Part shown: piece after piece, positions 46,148 to 55,118 of the stretch | Layout: each line of letters starts with the position of its first letter | Numbering within the stretch: position 1 is the first letter of the stretch | IMG/VR virus record: IMGVR_UViG_3300025759_014178 | Coordinates: 1-56,647 of that record | Reading direction: 5' to 3' (one strand) | DNA from: a virus | Taxonomy: Duplodnaviria; Caudoviricetes | Length of the DNA: 56,647 nucleotides | The notes under the pieces: model-generated | Told to the model about the DNA's origin: nothing | Databases searched by the model: none | What the model saw: only the letters and a program-made list of their open reading frames with translations | Translations under genes and position numbers: made by a program

Positions 46148-46514
46148 TGGCTATTTTTATTAAGATGTCAGCATGAGATGGCTGGTTGTCGCGGTCGAAA
46201 CAAGCGAGATCCACACCCCTGAGCTCCTGCCAAACCAATTTTGGAGTAATCTCAAGCTCTCCAGCAAGCAAAGCTTTTTCGAACTTTTCTACGGCTTCTA
46301 ATTTTGTTTTGCACCGAAACGAGCGAACCCTGACACCAAGGCGAGCAGCAAGCTCAATCGTGGTCCAGGGTATCGCTCGATAGTTTTGAATGAAAAAAGG
46401 GTTAGACCACCTTGAGGGTCGGTCTACGCACACAACATCACGGTCAAGGGTTTTCATCCCCCTTTTGCCTCGGTAAATCCGTTGCGGCTTGTTTGGCATT
46501 GCAGAATTTTTCAA
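46128..46514 (-). CDS. DUF4326-family protein
   Basis: VDRPSRWSNPF, ELRGVDLACF, HADIL. Confidence 0.8.
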   Translation of the reverse strand: MKNSAMPNKPQRIYRGKRGMKTLDRDVVCVDRPSRWSNPFFIQNYRAIPWTTIELAARLGVRVRSFRCKTKLEAVEKFEKALLAGELEITPKLVWQELRGVDLACFDRDNQPSHADILIKIANGPRPK

Positions 46515-46782
46515 ATGAGGTGGTTGGCCGTAGCATCAGCAGACGACCGGATGGTCCTCTTTTGATTTCCACTTCGGGACAATTCGATGCTTTCAACTTC
46601 CTTGCAAGGGTTGATGAACTTATTCCTATTTTTTTGCAAAACAATTGAGGAGATATCCATTCTTCTAATTCATGAATACCATACCCTTTCACAGAAAGCC
46701 AAGTTTTGATTTTACTCATCATTTCCGCGTCGGTGGTAGCTACCAATTGAATTAGTGATCTCGGTTTCTGTAAATCAGGCAT
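46444..46782 (-). CDS. AlpA/excisionase-like HTH protein
   Basis: WISPQLFCKKIGISSSTLARKLK...P. Confidence 0.55.
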   Translation of the reverse strand: MPDLQKPRSLIQLVATTDAEMMSKIKTWLSVKGYGIHELEEWISPQLFCKKIGISSSTLARKLKASNCPEVEIKRGPSGRLLMLRPTTSFEKFCNAKQAATDLPRQKGDENP

Positions 46783-47746
46783 CTTGGGCCTCCTTCCATT
46801 CGTCGTATTCTTTTTTCATGTGCCGCCATGCTTCATCCTTACGAGTCAACAACGCAGGGTTGGAGTAGTCAAGAAAAGCCTCAAAATCATCAGGCATAAG
46901 CCTTTCCTTTTTGTCTTTTTTGACAACACCGCCAGTGGCAGTGTTTGCCCTTCTGGAGGCGCGGTCAGATTCACTAATCCAATTATTGAGCAAGGTGAAT
47001 AAATCCCGGCGCCGGAAGTCTTCGTTTGTTGGAATCGTGGCACGGTAGTAAGTCCTGACTGACCTGTATTCGTCAGGATCAATTGGAAGAATATCCAGCA
47101 GGGCCTTGGCTTCTGCAACGGTCCACTTAGTTGACTCCATTCTGTTAAAAAGCGAGCCAAGCTCGACCATCAGGGGAGTGTTTTTCTTTACCCGAGCTTT
47201 TTTGGCTTTTTCTTGGGACATGGACCTCCAACCGGCCGGCATGACTGACTCGACTTCTTTAGAAGTCGGATCCTGTTCTGTCTCGTCCTGTTCTGTCTCG
47301 TCCTGTTCTGTTCTGTTATGTTCTGTAGGAACACTTGTGTCGACTCGACTCGGAGTGGCCTCGGAGTCAAAACCTGGAAGGCTCTGATCTTGCTCTTCAG
47401 GTATAATTTCAGCCTCGATCCAACCGATCTCATCAGAAGAAAGGACTTGAATTGCGGTCTTTAGCTTAGCCTCTTTGACTCGCAATTTTACTGACAAACT
47501 TCGGGCATCGTGAGGAATCTCTCTGGAACCGCGAGTAAGTTCACCTCGAGTTCTTGATTGGCTGGCCTCAAGCGCAAGCACGCAAAAGATTCCGTAAATT
47601 TCTGGGCCATCTGGTCTCTCCATTAAAGCGCAGAAACCATAGGAGGATGGGTTGTAAGGCAGTGCGATCCATTTCATGACCTCGCACCGCTTGCTTTGGC
47701 TGACCTCAAAGGTCTCTTCCCAATTGCTGATTCGGTATTTTATCAT
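46775..47746 (-). CDS. Replication initiator (lambda O-like) with internal origin-like repeats
   Basis: N-terminal wHTH-like region, central TEQDETEQDETEQD linker encoded by repeats, next to recE/recT. Confidence 0.7.
   Translation of the reverse strand: MIKYRISNWEETFEVSQSKRCEVMKWIALPYNPSSYGFCALMERPDGPEIYGIFCVLALEASQSRTRGELTRGSREIPHDARSLSVKLRVKEAKLKTAIQVLSSDEIGWIEAEIIPEEQDQSLPGFDSEATPSRVDTSVPTEHNRTEQDETEQDETEQDPTSKEVESVMPAGWRSMSQEKAKKARVKKNTPLMVELGSLFNRMESTKWTVAEAKALLDILPIDPDEYRSVRTYYRATIPTNEDFRRRDLFTLLNNWISESDRASRRANTATGGVVKKDKKERLMPDDFEAFLDYSNPALLTRKDEAWRHMKKEYDEWKEAQDA
47270..47370. repeat. Putative origin: 15-bp tandem repeats and ctcggagt iterons
   Basis: tcctgttctgtctcg x2 plus a partial copy; ctcggagt at 47349 and 47360. 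Confidence 0.6.
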
Positions 47747-47764
47747 AAGTAAGTAGGTTTAATT

Positions 47765-48712
47765 TTAAACTTGCTCCAACATCTTTTCGACCCAGACCGG
47801 CGGCATGATTTCAGCAACACCTATTCTTGGCCATTCATCCACTTGGAACGCATGGGCTATCTTGTAAAGGTCTGCTCGGTATTCGCGCCGACCTAGTTCA
47901 AGCCAGTCTGATGGCATCCAATGCAGAGCGCACTCATACGGCCATTCCTTCTCGATCGCCAATATTCCTGCTCGGGATTTGTCGAGACCAGCTAATCGGC
48001 AAACATCGACGTAGAAAGCCAATTGCTTGTGATATCCATATTTCTGAATGCTGGCGGCAAATGGTTCCGCAGCGGCGTTCACGGTTGTTTTAAGGTCGAT
48101 TACGGAGTCACCATTGAGATCAAGCATGTCGAGGCGAGCTTTTAGCTGCATCAGCCACCTGTCTTCCTCCCTGCCTCCGGCGTAACACCCAAACACGGTC
48201 ACTTCAGTCTGGCTGCCCTCAATGGCTTCCCAAACCTCATCATAATCCCTGATGGATTGACACATTTCAGACATTCCGATGAACCAATCAGCGTCTACAA
48301 TCTCCATGCCGCTTTTGGTGGATTCTTCCAACCAAGCTTTATAACCAGGAAAGCGTCGATTGAAGTCAGTCGGCATCTTGAGTGACCTCGATGGAGGTCG
48401 ATCCTCGTTTTCTTTCTCGACCCTGGCTTTTTCTTGCGCTAAAAACTCAGCTTTTTTCGAATCATCTAGCACGGCATAACGGCTGTAAAAAAGATCCGGC
48501 TCAAGAAGAAGCGTATGGAACTGACGACCCTGCAAAAGAGCCTCAGTGTCTAGCCTATCCCTAGTTGGGTTCTCAAGAATTTGTTTAAAGCGCCACAAAG
48601 ACCTTTGTGCAGCTTTCATTCGCGTGTTGTTAAGACCTTGAGACATTGCGTATGCCTCAAACGACAAGTCGTTACAGACCTGATTGACTGGATTTTTAGG
48701 ATTAAATATCAT
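47765..48712 (-). CDS. recE: RecE/exonuclease VIII-like PD-(D/E)xK nuclease (DUF3799)
   Basis: GRQFHTLLLEP, LKARLD, IDLKTT, YGYHKQLAFY, AIEKEWPY. Confidence 0.88.
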   Translation of the reverse strand: MIFNPKNPVNQVCNDLSFEAYAMSQGLNNTRMKAAQRSLWRFKQILENPTRDRLDTEALLQGRQFHTLLLEPDLFYSRYAVLDDSKKAEFLAQEKARVEKENEDRPPSRSLKMPTDFNRRFPGYKAWLEESTKSGMEIVDADWFIGMSEMCQSIRDYDEVWEAIEGSQTEVTVFGCYAGGREEDRWLMQLKARLDMLDLNGDSVIDLKTTVNAAAEPFAASIQKYGYHKQLAFYVDVCRLAGLDKSRAGILAIEKEWPYECALHWMPSDWLELGRREYRADLYKIAHAFQVDEWPRIGVAEIMPPVWVEKMLEQV

Positions 48713-48960
48713 TAGTTTAATAGAGAATGGTGAAGTGAAACTCGCTCTTCGAGCGAACCAGAAGGTTGTTCGAAAATCGAAATAAGGGCAAGCCGGTTCC
48801 CAGAAATATCGACCACCGAAGCGGTCATTGGGTCGTCCGGATCATTTAGCAAACCTCCAAGCTCAACCCCGACAATGTCAAAAAAACCGCCAGCATTGGC
48901 AATCCACATGGCATCTATCACGGGTTGGCGAAGAGGTTCGGGCATGGAATCTATTACCAT
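48712..48960 (-). CDS. Hypothetical protein
   Basis: Fills the gap between recT and recE with overlapping stop/start. Confidence 0.6.
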   Translation of the reverse strand: MVIDSMPEPLRQPVIDAMWIANAGGFFDIVGVELGGLLNDPDDPMTASVVDISGNRLALISIFEQPSGSLEERVSLHHSLLN

Positions 48961-49946
48961 GTCACAGCGGTAAGTTCATCAAAGCGGTCAATGACCGAAG
49001 ACAATGTTGGGCCGGCTAAAGACCTCCAAGTCTGGTCAGGCTTTGTAAGTTTGTGATTCCGAAGAACCTCATCAAGATCTCCATCAGTAAGTTCAGCATT
49101 TTTCAGCTTAGTCTCAATTTCGTCGATTAAGTCTTGATTAAGATCGACAACTGCAACAGTTGCTTCCTCAACAGGAATTTCAGCAGAAAGTTTCTCCTGC
49201 TCTTCATCCGGCTCAATGGGATTGTGAACATTGTCGAGGTCGATTAATCGAGTGAACTCATCAGTGCGAGGAAGCCACTTCATCATGTTCTTCAAACACG
49301 TCCTTTTTCTCATGTCATCGGGATCAGTCTGGTTTGGGTTGAATTTACCGTTGAAGTCTTTCGATCTCCTCCGCTTCGATTCCACCTCCTCAATGTCCAT
49401 CGCATGGATCTGCATAGGGTGTCCTTTAAACTTAACGCGAGTATAAACTGCAATCGGAGTCTTCGACGTTCTAGGAAAAGTTGGTCGATGAACTAATCGA
49501 TCACTTCCATCCTCGTTTCCACCCCGCTGGTAATCAAATTCGTCATCCTCATAGACCACTGCCCCGTCTACAATTTCAGCACCACAATAGTCGTGCAGAA
49601 TTGTGACAAAGCCTTTGTAGTCCACTATAAGGGTGCATTCCAATTTCCATTGGCCATCAGGTTGTTTAATGTTTCGAGGAATCAGGTGAGCGTCTCTGGA
49701 GTTCGGCATCAAACCAAACTCCGCAAGCTCAAGAACGCATGTCGCAATTGAGTGCTTGGTGCATTCCTTCAATTTCGGATTTTTTTCCAAGGCGGTTACA
49801 AATGTCCGCTCCAGTCTTTGAACCCAACCAATCCGGTTTTCTTCTCCTACAATAAGACCCGGTAGGGCCTTGGCGATCTCTTCATGGGCGGCGTCCGAAC
49901 GGACCCAATCCACAAGAGCCTTGACTTTGGTGTTTTGTTTGCTCAT
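48954..49946 (-). CDS. recT: RecT-family single-strand annealing protein
   Basis: NPKLKECT..SI, GLMPN..AHLIP, IVDYKG, VVYEDDEF, MRKRT. Confidence 0.92.
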   Translation of the reverse strand: MSKQNTKVKALVDWVRSDAAHEEIAKALPGLIVGEENRIGWVQRLERTFVTALEKNPKLKECTKHSIATCVLELAEFGLMPNSRDAHLIPRNIKQPDGQWKLECTLIVDYKGFVTILHDYCGAEIVDGAVVYEDDEFDYQRGGNEDGSDRLVHRPTFPRTSKTPIAVYTRVKFKGHPMQIHAMDIEEVESKRRRSKDFNGKFNPNQTDPDDMRKRTCLKNMMKWLPRTDEFTRLIDLDNVHNPIEPDEEQEKLSAEIPVEEATVAVVDLNQDLIDEIETKLKNAELTDGDLDEVLRNHKLTKPDQTWRSLAGPTLSSVIDRFDELTAVTW

Positions 49947-49974
49947 TTGTTATTACGGTAAGTAGGTTTACCAA

Positions 49975-50003
49975 GAAGGGCGGTATCCACCGGATCCGCC
50001 CTT
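49975..50003. other. Intergenic hairpin upstream of recT
   Basis: gaagggcgg...ccgcccttc inverted repeat. Confidence 0.55.
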
Positions 50004-50014
50004 CGCTTTTCCTA

Positions 50015-50536
50015 CTAATCTTCATAGTTTAGTTTGTGGCTTCTCAGCCGTTTCAGATAACGCCATCCCCTCTGAGAGCCGTGAATGTAAAAGTAGCCTT
50101 CGGAGTCTCGGTGCGAAAATCTTCCGAGAACCGTCGCGTCCTCGATCTGGAAATCATCCCAGTGAGCCACCACCACCAGTTCCCAGAACCTAGGAAGCGG
50201 AAGCGTGATAGCTTGGGGATTCCCATCCCCTTCGACCCAGACAATCTGTTGTCGCCCAGACGGCGCTGTCCGGCGCTGTCCGGAGTCCTTGATAAGCCCT
50301 TTCCGGCGCAACGGCGCGAGACGAGGGGTTAGCGATTCGTTCGGGATCTGAGTCAGGGCCTGAATCTCATAGCAAGCCAACCCTTCGGGATGTTTGATAA
50401 CGGCGCGGACAACCTGCATCTCAAGTTCGCTCGCCTTTTGTCCGCGAATTGAACTGGCGGCGGCATGAGCAGTCTGGGGATCTTCCTCGCGAGCCCATGC
50501 GGCCCCGTTTTCTGCTTCTTCGAATAAATCAATCAT
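50015..50536 (-). CDS. Winged-helix protein
   Basis: AREEDPQTAHAAA, SLTPRLAPLRRKGLIKDSG..R...SGRQQIVW. Confidence 0.7.
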   Translation of the reverse strand: MIDLFEEAENGAAWAREEDPQTAHAAASSIRGQKASELEMQVVRAVIKHPEGLACYEIQALTQIPNESLTPRLAPLRRKGLIKDSGQRRTAPSGRQQIVWVEGDGNPQAITLPLPRFWELVVVAHWDDFQIEDATVLGRFSHRDSEGYFYIHGSQRGWRYLKRLRSHKLNYED

Positions 50537-50765
50537 GACGGGCCTCCTCCCTGTAATGGGCCGCTATGGCCTTCAAAACATTGTTCTTCGTTTCCGAATT
50601 ATGAATTGAAATTTGCTTATCAAGGCGGTCGGCCGCGAGATTCAAAGCTTCAGAATAGTAGACTTGTTTCCACCCCGCAACATCGCGTGCGGCGTAGACA
50701 AGCTGCGCCGCTTCTTCTTGAATTGGGTTTGGATACTTTTCAAAAGTTATAGAGTTGTTCATCAT
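50529..50765 (-). CDS. Hypothetical protein
   Basis: Overlapping start/stop operon packing. Confidence 0.6.
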   Translation of the reverse strand: MMNNSITFEKYPNPIQEEAAQLVYAARDVAGWKQVYYSEALNLAADRLDKQISIHNSETKNNVLKAIAAHYREEARHD

Positions 50766-51136
50766 TTGGTGGGTGTTTTTAATTGAATGACAGTTTTTTG
50801 GTCAGCCTTTTTCGCGACCTTATATTGCTTGCACTCTAGTGACTTCACGACTGAGGGGTCATCTTCTAACAGAACGCCAGAATGCCGAAGGGCATCTAGC
50901 GGAATCTTGGAAGCGGCAAACAGGTTGTCTAGGTCAAGCGGGTGAGTCGCGTAGTGGCGAAAAATAACGACTTCGCACTCTTCAATCTGTTTGAAACCGC
51001 GCTCAAGATTTGCCTGTGTTCGAATCAAAAGCGTCCACTTGTCCTTAATCTTACGGTAATTTGCCCAGTGCATCCTCATAAGGCCCTTAGAACCGTTAAG
51101 ACTTGGAGCCAGCATAGGAATCGAAAACTCAATCAT
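50762..51136 (-). CDS. RusA-like Holliday junction resolvase
   Basis: PSLN, LDLDNL...KIPLDAL...GVLLEDD. Confidence 0.8.
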   Translation of the reverse strand: MIEFSIPMLAPSLNGSKGLMRMHWANYRKIKDKWTLLIRTQANLERGFKQIEECEVVIFRHYATHPLDLDNLFAASKIPLDALRHSGVLLEDDPSVVKSLECKQYKVAKKADQKTVIQLKTPTK

Positions 51137-51404
51137 TGTTCACCTCCTCAGGTTTGATGTCGATTGTCTCAAGCAAATTTGTAATCGGCTCTAACCTCAA
51201 CTCGGCAAATTTTTTCACTCTATCCTCAACAGTGTCTCGGATTTCGTTCTCAACGATAGAAATAATCTTTTTTGCGGCCCATTCACTAATTTCTAAATTG
51301 GTGATTTGAACTGTTTCGATTCCAGATTCTACTTCGATTGAAGAACGGATGGAGGGGCGATCATAAATGTCGCGGGTCGTAATGAATATTTGTTTTATGT
51401 GCAT
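51129..51404 (-). CDS. Hypothetical protein (start probably 51404)
   Basis: AACCTACT leader before ATG 51404; first gene of the replication operon. Confidence 0.6.
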   Translation of the reverse strand: MHIKQIFITTRDIYDRPSIRSSIEVESGIETVQITNLEISEWAAKKIISIVENEIRDTVEDRVKKFAELRLEPITNLLETIDIKPEEVNND

Positions 51405-51516
51405 AATAAGTAGGTTGTTTTCAAGTTGCATTCAACTTGGCTTGATAAGTTGACGGCAACATCTAAAAAGTCAAGATTTATTGCCTTACGGCCAAGATTG
51501 CTCTAGGGTTTTGGAA

Positions 51517-53310
51517 ATGACACCCCTTGATCTAATCAATGCCGTGCGGCAAAACGGAGGCGCGTGGTTTGAGTCTTTTGGGCGGATCAAAATGAAGTCC
51601 GGAGCAATCGGCCGGCCTTCGATGAACGCTTACCAAAGAGACATCAATGAGGTCCACCAGTTCTGTCGTGAGAACGAACTCCCTTGCCGAGTCATAGGCC
51701 TCAAGCCTCGTCAAAAGGGGTCATCGACTTTTTTCACCAACCTTATGTATTCCGATGTGCGGCGACCGAAGGTCGGGGAAGCTGAAGTGTCGGCTTGTGT
51801 AATGGGAGGGCAATACAGCCAGGTGGACAACCTGTGGCAGATCCTGAACCGTTACGAGGCTCACGATTCTTTCGAATGGGGGAATCAGATGAAAATCAAC
51901 AACCTTGAGGCGACCTGTTCGAACGGTGGCCGGATAGTGAAAGAAACCGCGGGTGATTTCGACGCTGCCCGTTCGGGAACTTTTCAGTGGCTTCTCACAA
52001 CAGAGACAGCACGCTGGCGAGACGAGGGTGTCGCGAATGCCCACAAGGTCCTTCAGGGGGCGATGGCTTGTGTTCCGGACCTTCCTGGGACTGTAGTGGT
52101 ATTGGAGTCAACAGCCAACGGATCCAGCGGGGCTTATTTTGATTTCTGGCAGGGAGCAGTGACCCTTGAGGATTTCAAAGCAGGCAAAAGAGGAAATGGT
52201 TTTGTAAAAGTTTTTCGAGCGTGGTATGAATTTCCTGATTCTCACCTTCCTTTGACCGAAACCCAAACTCAAGAAGTCGAGGGGAGTCTCACTCCGGATG
52301 AAAAAGAGCTAATCGAAGATTTTAATTGCGAAATTTCTCAAATTGCTTGGAGAAGAAACAAGATTGCTGGTGAATGCGGTGGTGACGCAGATCTGTTTGA
52401 GCAAGAATATCCCCGCTCATCTAGCACTGCTTTTCTGCTTTCTGGGCGGAAACGGTTTAACCGAATTGGAATCGAATGGCAGAAAAAAATTCGCGCTCAA
52501 CACCCTGTGGAACAAGGCTCAATCGAGCTTGTAAATGATGGAAGCGTCGACAAAACGTCTTGGAGGCCAACAACTGATCCCGGAGAAGCTGAGTTCGACA
52601 GATGGGAAGCGCCTCAACCTGGTCGTAAATATGTTATTGCGGTCGATACCATGACTGGGGCCAGTCAGGCGATGGGGTTGGATCCTGATTGCCACTCAGT
52701 GCTGTGTTTCCGGAGGGGTTACTACGATGGCAGGGGTTGGCACCCCACAAGGCTCGTGGCGAGATTATTCAGTCCATGCCGCTGGGACATCGATGTTCTG
52801 GAACACGCGGTCTACCGGCTCGCCCATTACTACGGGAAGTGCATGATCGTCCCAGAGATCAACAACGATCGGGGACTGATCGAACTCCTGAAACTGCGGA
52901 GATCGGCCAAGATTTATCGACGTCGAACGACCAACAAAAAGACCGGCAAGGTGACAGATGCCTACGGCTGGCAGACCAACGTCCAGACTCGGAAGAATAT
53001 CGAAGACGCAGTCGCGAAGGCGATTAGGGAATGGGATGTTGAAGGAGAAGGCGTAGAAATATATTGTCCCAATGTGATCCGAGAACTCGAGACTTTTATT
53101 GTGAACGATAAAGGAAAGGGCGAGGCCGCAGATGGCTCTCACGATGACGACGTTATTGCTCTTGGAATAGCGTTATGCACTATTGACTCAGCGACTAATT
53201 ACGCTGAACCTGTTGATGAAGAGTTTCTCGCCCCGGATGTTAAAAAAGATTTCAAACGCCGAGGTCGAGTAAACCGAAACCAAAAATCTCAAAAAGCCCA
53301 TTACAGATGA
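51517..53310 (+). CDS. terL: Terminase large subunit
   Basis: Walker A LKPRQKGSST, TETARW, LESTANG, FEQEYP, IAVD, PEINN, HDDDVIAL. Confidence 0.95.
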   Translation: MTPLDLINAVRQNGGAWFESFGRIKMKSGAIGRPSMNAYQRDINEVHQFCRENELPCRVIGLKPRQKGSSTFFTNLMYSDVRRPKVGEAEVSACVMGGQYSQVDNLWQILNRYEAHDSFEWGNQMKINNLEATCSNGGRIVKETAGDFDAARSGTFQWLLTTETARWRDEGVANAHKVLQGAMACVPDLPGTVVVLESTANGSSGAYFDFWQGAVTLEDFKAGKRGNGFVKVFRAWYEFPDSHLPLTETQTQEVEGSLTPDEKELIEDFNCEISQIAWRRNKIAGECGGDADLFEQEYPRSSSTAFLLSGRKRFNRIGIEWQKKIRAQHPVEQGSIELVNDGSVDKTSWRPTTDPGEAEFDRWEAPQPGRKYVIAVDTMTGASQAMGLDPDCHSVLCFRRGYYDGRGWHPTRLVARLFSPCRWDIDVLEHAVYRLAHYYGKCMIVPEINNDRGLIELLKLRRSAKIYRRRTTNKKTGKVTDAYGWQTNVQTRKNIEDAVAKAIREWDVEGEGVEIYCPNVIRELETFIVNDKGKGEAADGSHDDDVIALGIALCTIDSATNYAEPVDEEFLAPDVKKDFKRRGRVNRNQKSQKAHYR

Positions 53311-53696
53311 TCAACCTTAGAGACCTCATTCCCGTCACGGGACGCCGCTATCGCAAGTCTTTGGAAATTTTGCACTCTATGCACAAAGCAATAGAGGATG
53401 CTAAAGGAGAGCGACAATTGGCTCAGCGTAGCCTTCACCATGCTATGGGAGATCTTGCCAAAAAAATCTCAACTTGGAAAGCTACCGAAAAAGACGAAAG
53501 CGTAGAGATTGTTTTGAGAGTTAGCAAATCTATGTCAAGGGCCGCCCTCAAAGCTTCGCCAGAAGAGTTCAAGAAATTTTTGGCTCAAGAACTAGCTGCA
53601 AGAGCCGTGGGTGCTTTGGACGACCTTGTTAAAGACATTGAGATGCAAGAAGAAGAATTGGCTTCCCACAAGCCTTCTAGGATAATTCGGCCGTGA
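53307..53696 (+). CDS. Hypothetical protein
   Basis: ATGA-coupled to terL. Confidence 0.7.
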   Translation: MINLRDLIPVTGRRYRKSLEILHSMHKAIEDAKGERQLAQRSLHHAMGDLAKKISTWKATEKDESVEIVLRVSKSMSRAALKASPEEFKKFLAQELAARAVGALDDLVKDIEMQEEELASHKPSRIIRP

Positions 53697-54048
53697 CGTT
53701 AAAGTTTCGATTTCTCGCTAAGTCATTCCAACGATCGAAAAGTGGGACAAATAACCTCCATCCCATTTCGGGATGTGATTCCGCGATGTCTTTGAAGGCG
53801 TTCTGAGCGTGAACAGGTCCCTGATGACATCCCGCACAAAGAGAAACTCCGTTAGAAAGATCTAACGCCCTTGTTGGATAAAGCGATTTTGGTCGGATGT
53901 GATGGGCTTGAAGGCGCCAAATCGCAAATGTTCCACCGCAGAGGACACACCTGCCTCGGCGGTCTCTAGCGTCCCTGATTCGGACTAACTTAGACCACTT
54001 GGAATGGTTCACGCGATTGAAAGAGCAAAGGTAATAGCGTTGTTCCAC
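53677..54048 (-). CDS. HNH endonuclease
   Basis: RDRRGRCVLCG, LQAHHIRP, NGVSLCAGCH. Confidence 0.85.
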   Translation of the reverse strand: MEQRYYLCSFNRVNHSKWSKLVRIRDARDRRGRCVLCGGTFAIWRLQAHHIRPKSLYPTRALDLSNGVSLCAGCHQGPVHAQNAFKDIAESHPEMGWRLFVPLFDRWNDLARNRNFNVTAELS

Positions 54049-54737
54049 CGGTTTACAAGTTCAGCCCATACGTTGCTGTTTGCATCGTTTGATTCTTTTG
54101 ATAACCCAGGAACAGGATTTGACGTTTTTGCGTAGCGTTCACACGCTTTACGAAATGCTGCAATAAATTCGGCGACGTTTTCACGACTTTCCTGAACAAC
54201 GGCCAAAGTGTCTCGAGTTTCTGGACCCCATTGTCCATCAACCTTGACTTCGAGGCCGAGATCTTCAAGCGCCCATTGGGCAATCACAGTGACTCCGGTA
54301 GGACCAAGGTTGAAGCATCCATTCATCATTAAAAACTCAACTCCAGCATTAAACCACGGCCCTTTTATAAATTGCCGGAAATAACCGTCAATGTATGCGG
54401 CAGCCATGATCTCTCTTCGGCGCGGTGGAGCGCTTTCGAGTTGGCGATACATTTCAGGATGATCCCGCTGATTCATCCCGGCATATTCGTAACGGCCACC
54501 ACCATTGCCAGGTGTGAGCCCAAGACCGTATCGCTTCAGATACCCGTTTTTGTCCCTGCGTGTTCGATCGCGTGGATGGGACTCCTGTTCGACTACTTTT
54601 AAAGCAAGCCAATACTGAGCTCTGTAGGGCCTTTCGTCGTCTACCTCTTCAATCGAAGGTGAAGCCTTAGACGCCCATTGTCTTCGCTTGGTAAAGATGC
54701 GAAGCCGTCTGAGGCAAGGTATTTTTGAAACGTCCAT
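54009..54737 (-). CDS. Putative GH108-like muramidase with peptidoglycan-binding segment
   Basis: VVEQE...YAGMNQRDHP, CFNLGP.G, AQWAL..VKVDGQWGPET. Confidence 0.6.
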   Translation of the reverse strand: MDVSKIPCLRRLRIFTKRRQWASKASPSIEEVDDERPYRAQYWLALKVVEQESHPRDRTRRDKNGYLKRYGLGLTPGNGGGRYEYAGMNQRDHPEMYRQLESAPPRRREIMAAAYIDGYFRQFIKGPWFNAGVEFLMMNGCFNLGPTGVTVIAQWALEDLGLEVKVDGQWGPETRDTLAVVQESRENVAEFIAAFRKACERYAKTSNPVPGLSKESNDANSNVWAELVNRWNNAITFALSIA

Positions 54738-55032
54738 GTTCTCTGTGAATTGGTGCGTTGTCCCAACGAAATCGTTTTTTCCAATACTTTCCTTTTGGAT
54801 TTCCGTATTCTCTTCTCAACCGGCGAGCCAAAGGTTCTTTCTTTGGGTTGAGTCCAGCGGCTCTTGCTGCCCTCCACGGGGCATTTACGTCGCACACATG
54901 ATTTGGATTGAGGTGGTTGGATTCTGCAATAACCTCACCCGTTTTTTTCTGCATAGCAGCTTTGTTTTGCCTGTTGCTAAGACGCTGAGCTTGAGTTTTT
55001 TTAGTTTTGTTAAGTTTGGCGATTCGTTTCAT
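54667..55032 (-). CDS. Basic hypothetical protein
   Basis: ATG 55032 just downstream of the tRNA; Lys/Arg-rich. Confidence 0.45.
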   Translation of the reverse strand: MKRIAKLNKTKKTQAQRLSNRQNKAAMQKKTGEVIAESNHLNPNHVCDVNAPWRAARAAGLNPKKEPLARRLRREYGNPKGKYWKKRFRWDNAPIHREHGRFKNTLPQTASHLYQAKTMGV

Positions 55033-55043
55033 GAGATAAATAG

Positions 55044-55113
55044 TTGCAGAGGAAGGAATCGAACCTTCAAGCAATGGGTTATGAACCCACGCTAGGCACC
55101 AGCCCTCCCTGCT
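55044..55113 (-). tRNA. tRNA-Met(CAT), initiator-like, short D-arm
   Basis: AGCAGGG/CTCTGCA acceptor with A1:A72 mismatch; GTGGG-TTCATAA-CCCAT anticodon arm; GAAGG-TTCGATT-CCTTC T-arm; no encoded CCA. Confidence 0.85.
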
Positions 55114-55118
55114 TGAAA

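Noticed and set aside
51481-51519. TTGCC-N14-GCTCTA-N11-ATG upstream of terL as a fourth late promoter
   Set aside because: Several mismatches and different spacing; possible but unsupported
55044-55113. tRNA as an attP site
   Set aside because: No integrase found and no duplicated tRNA 3' end
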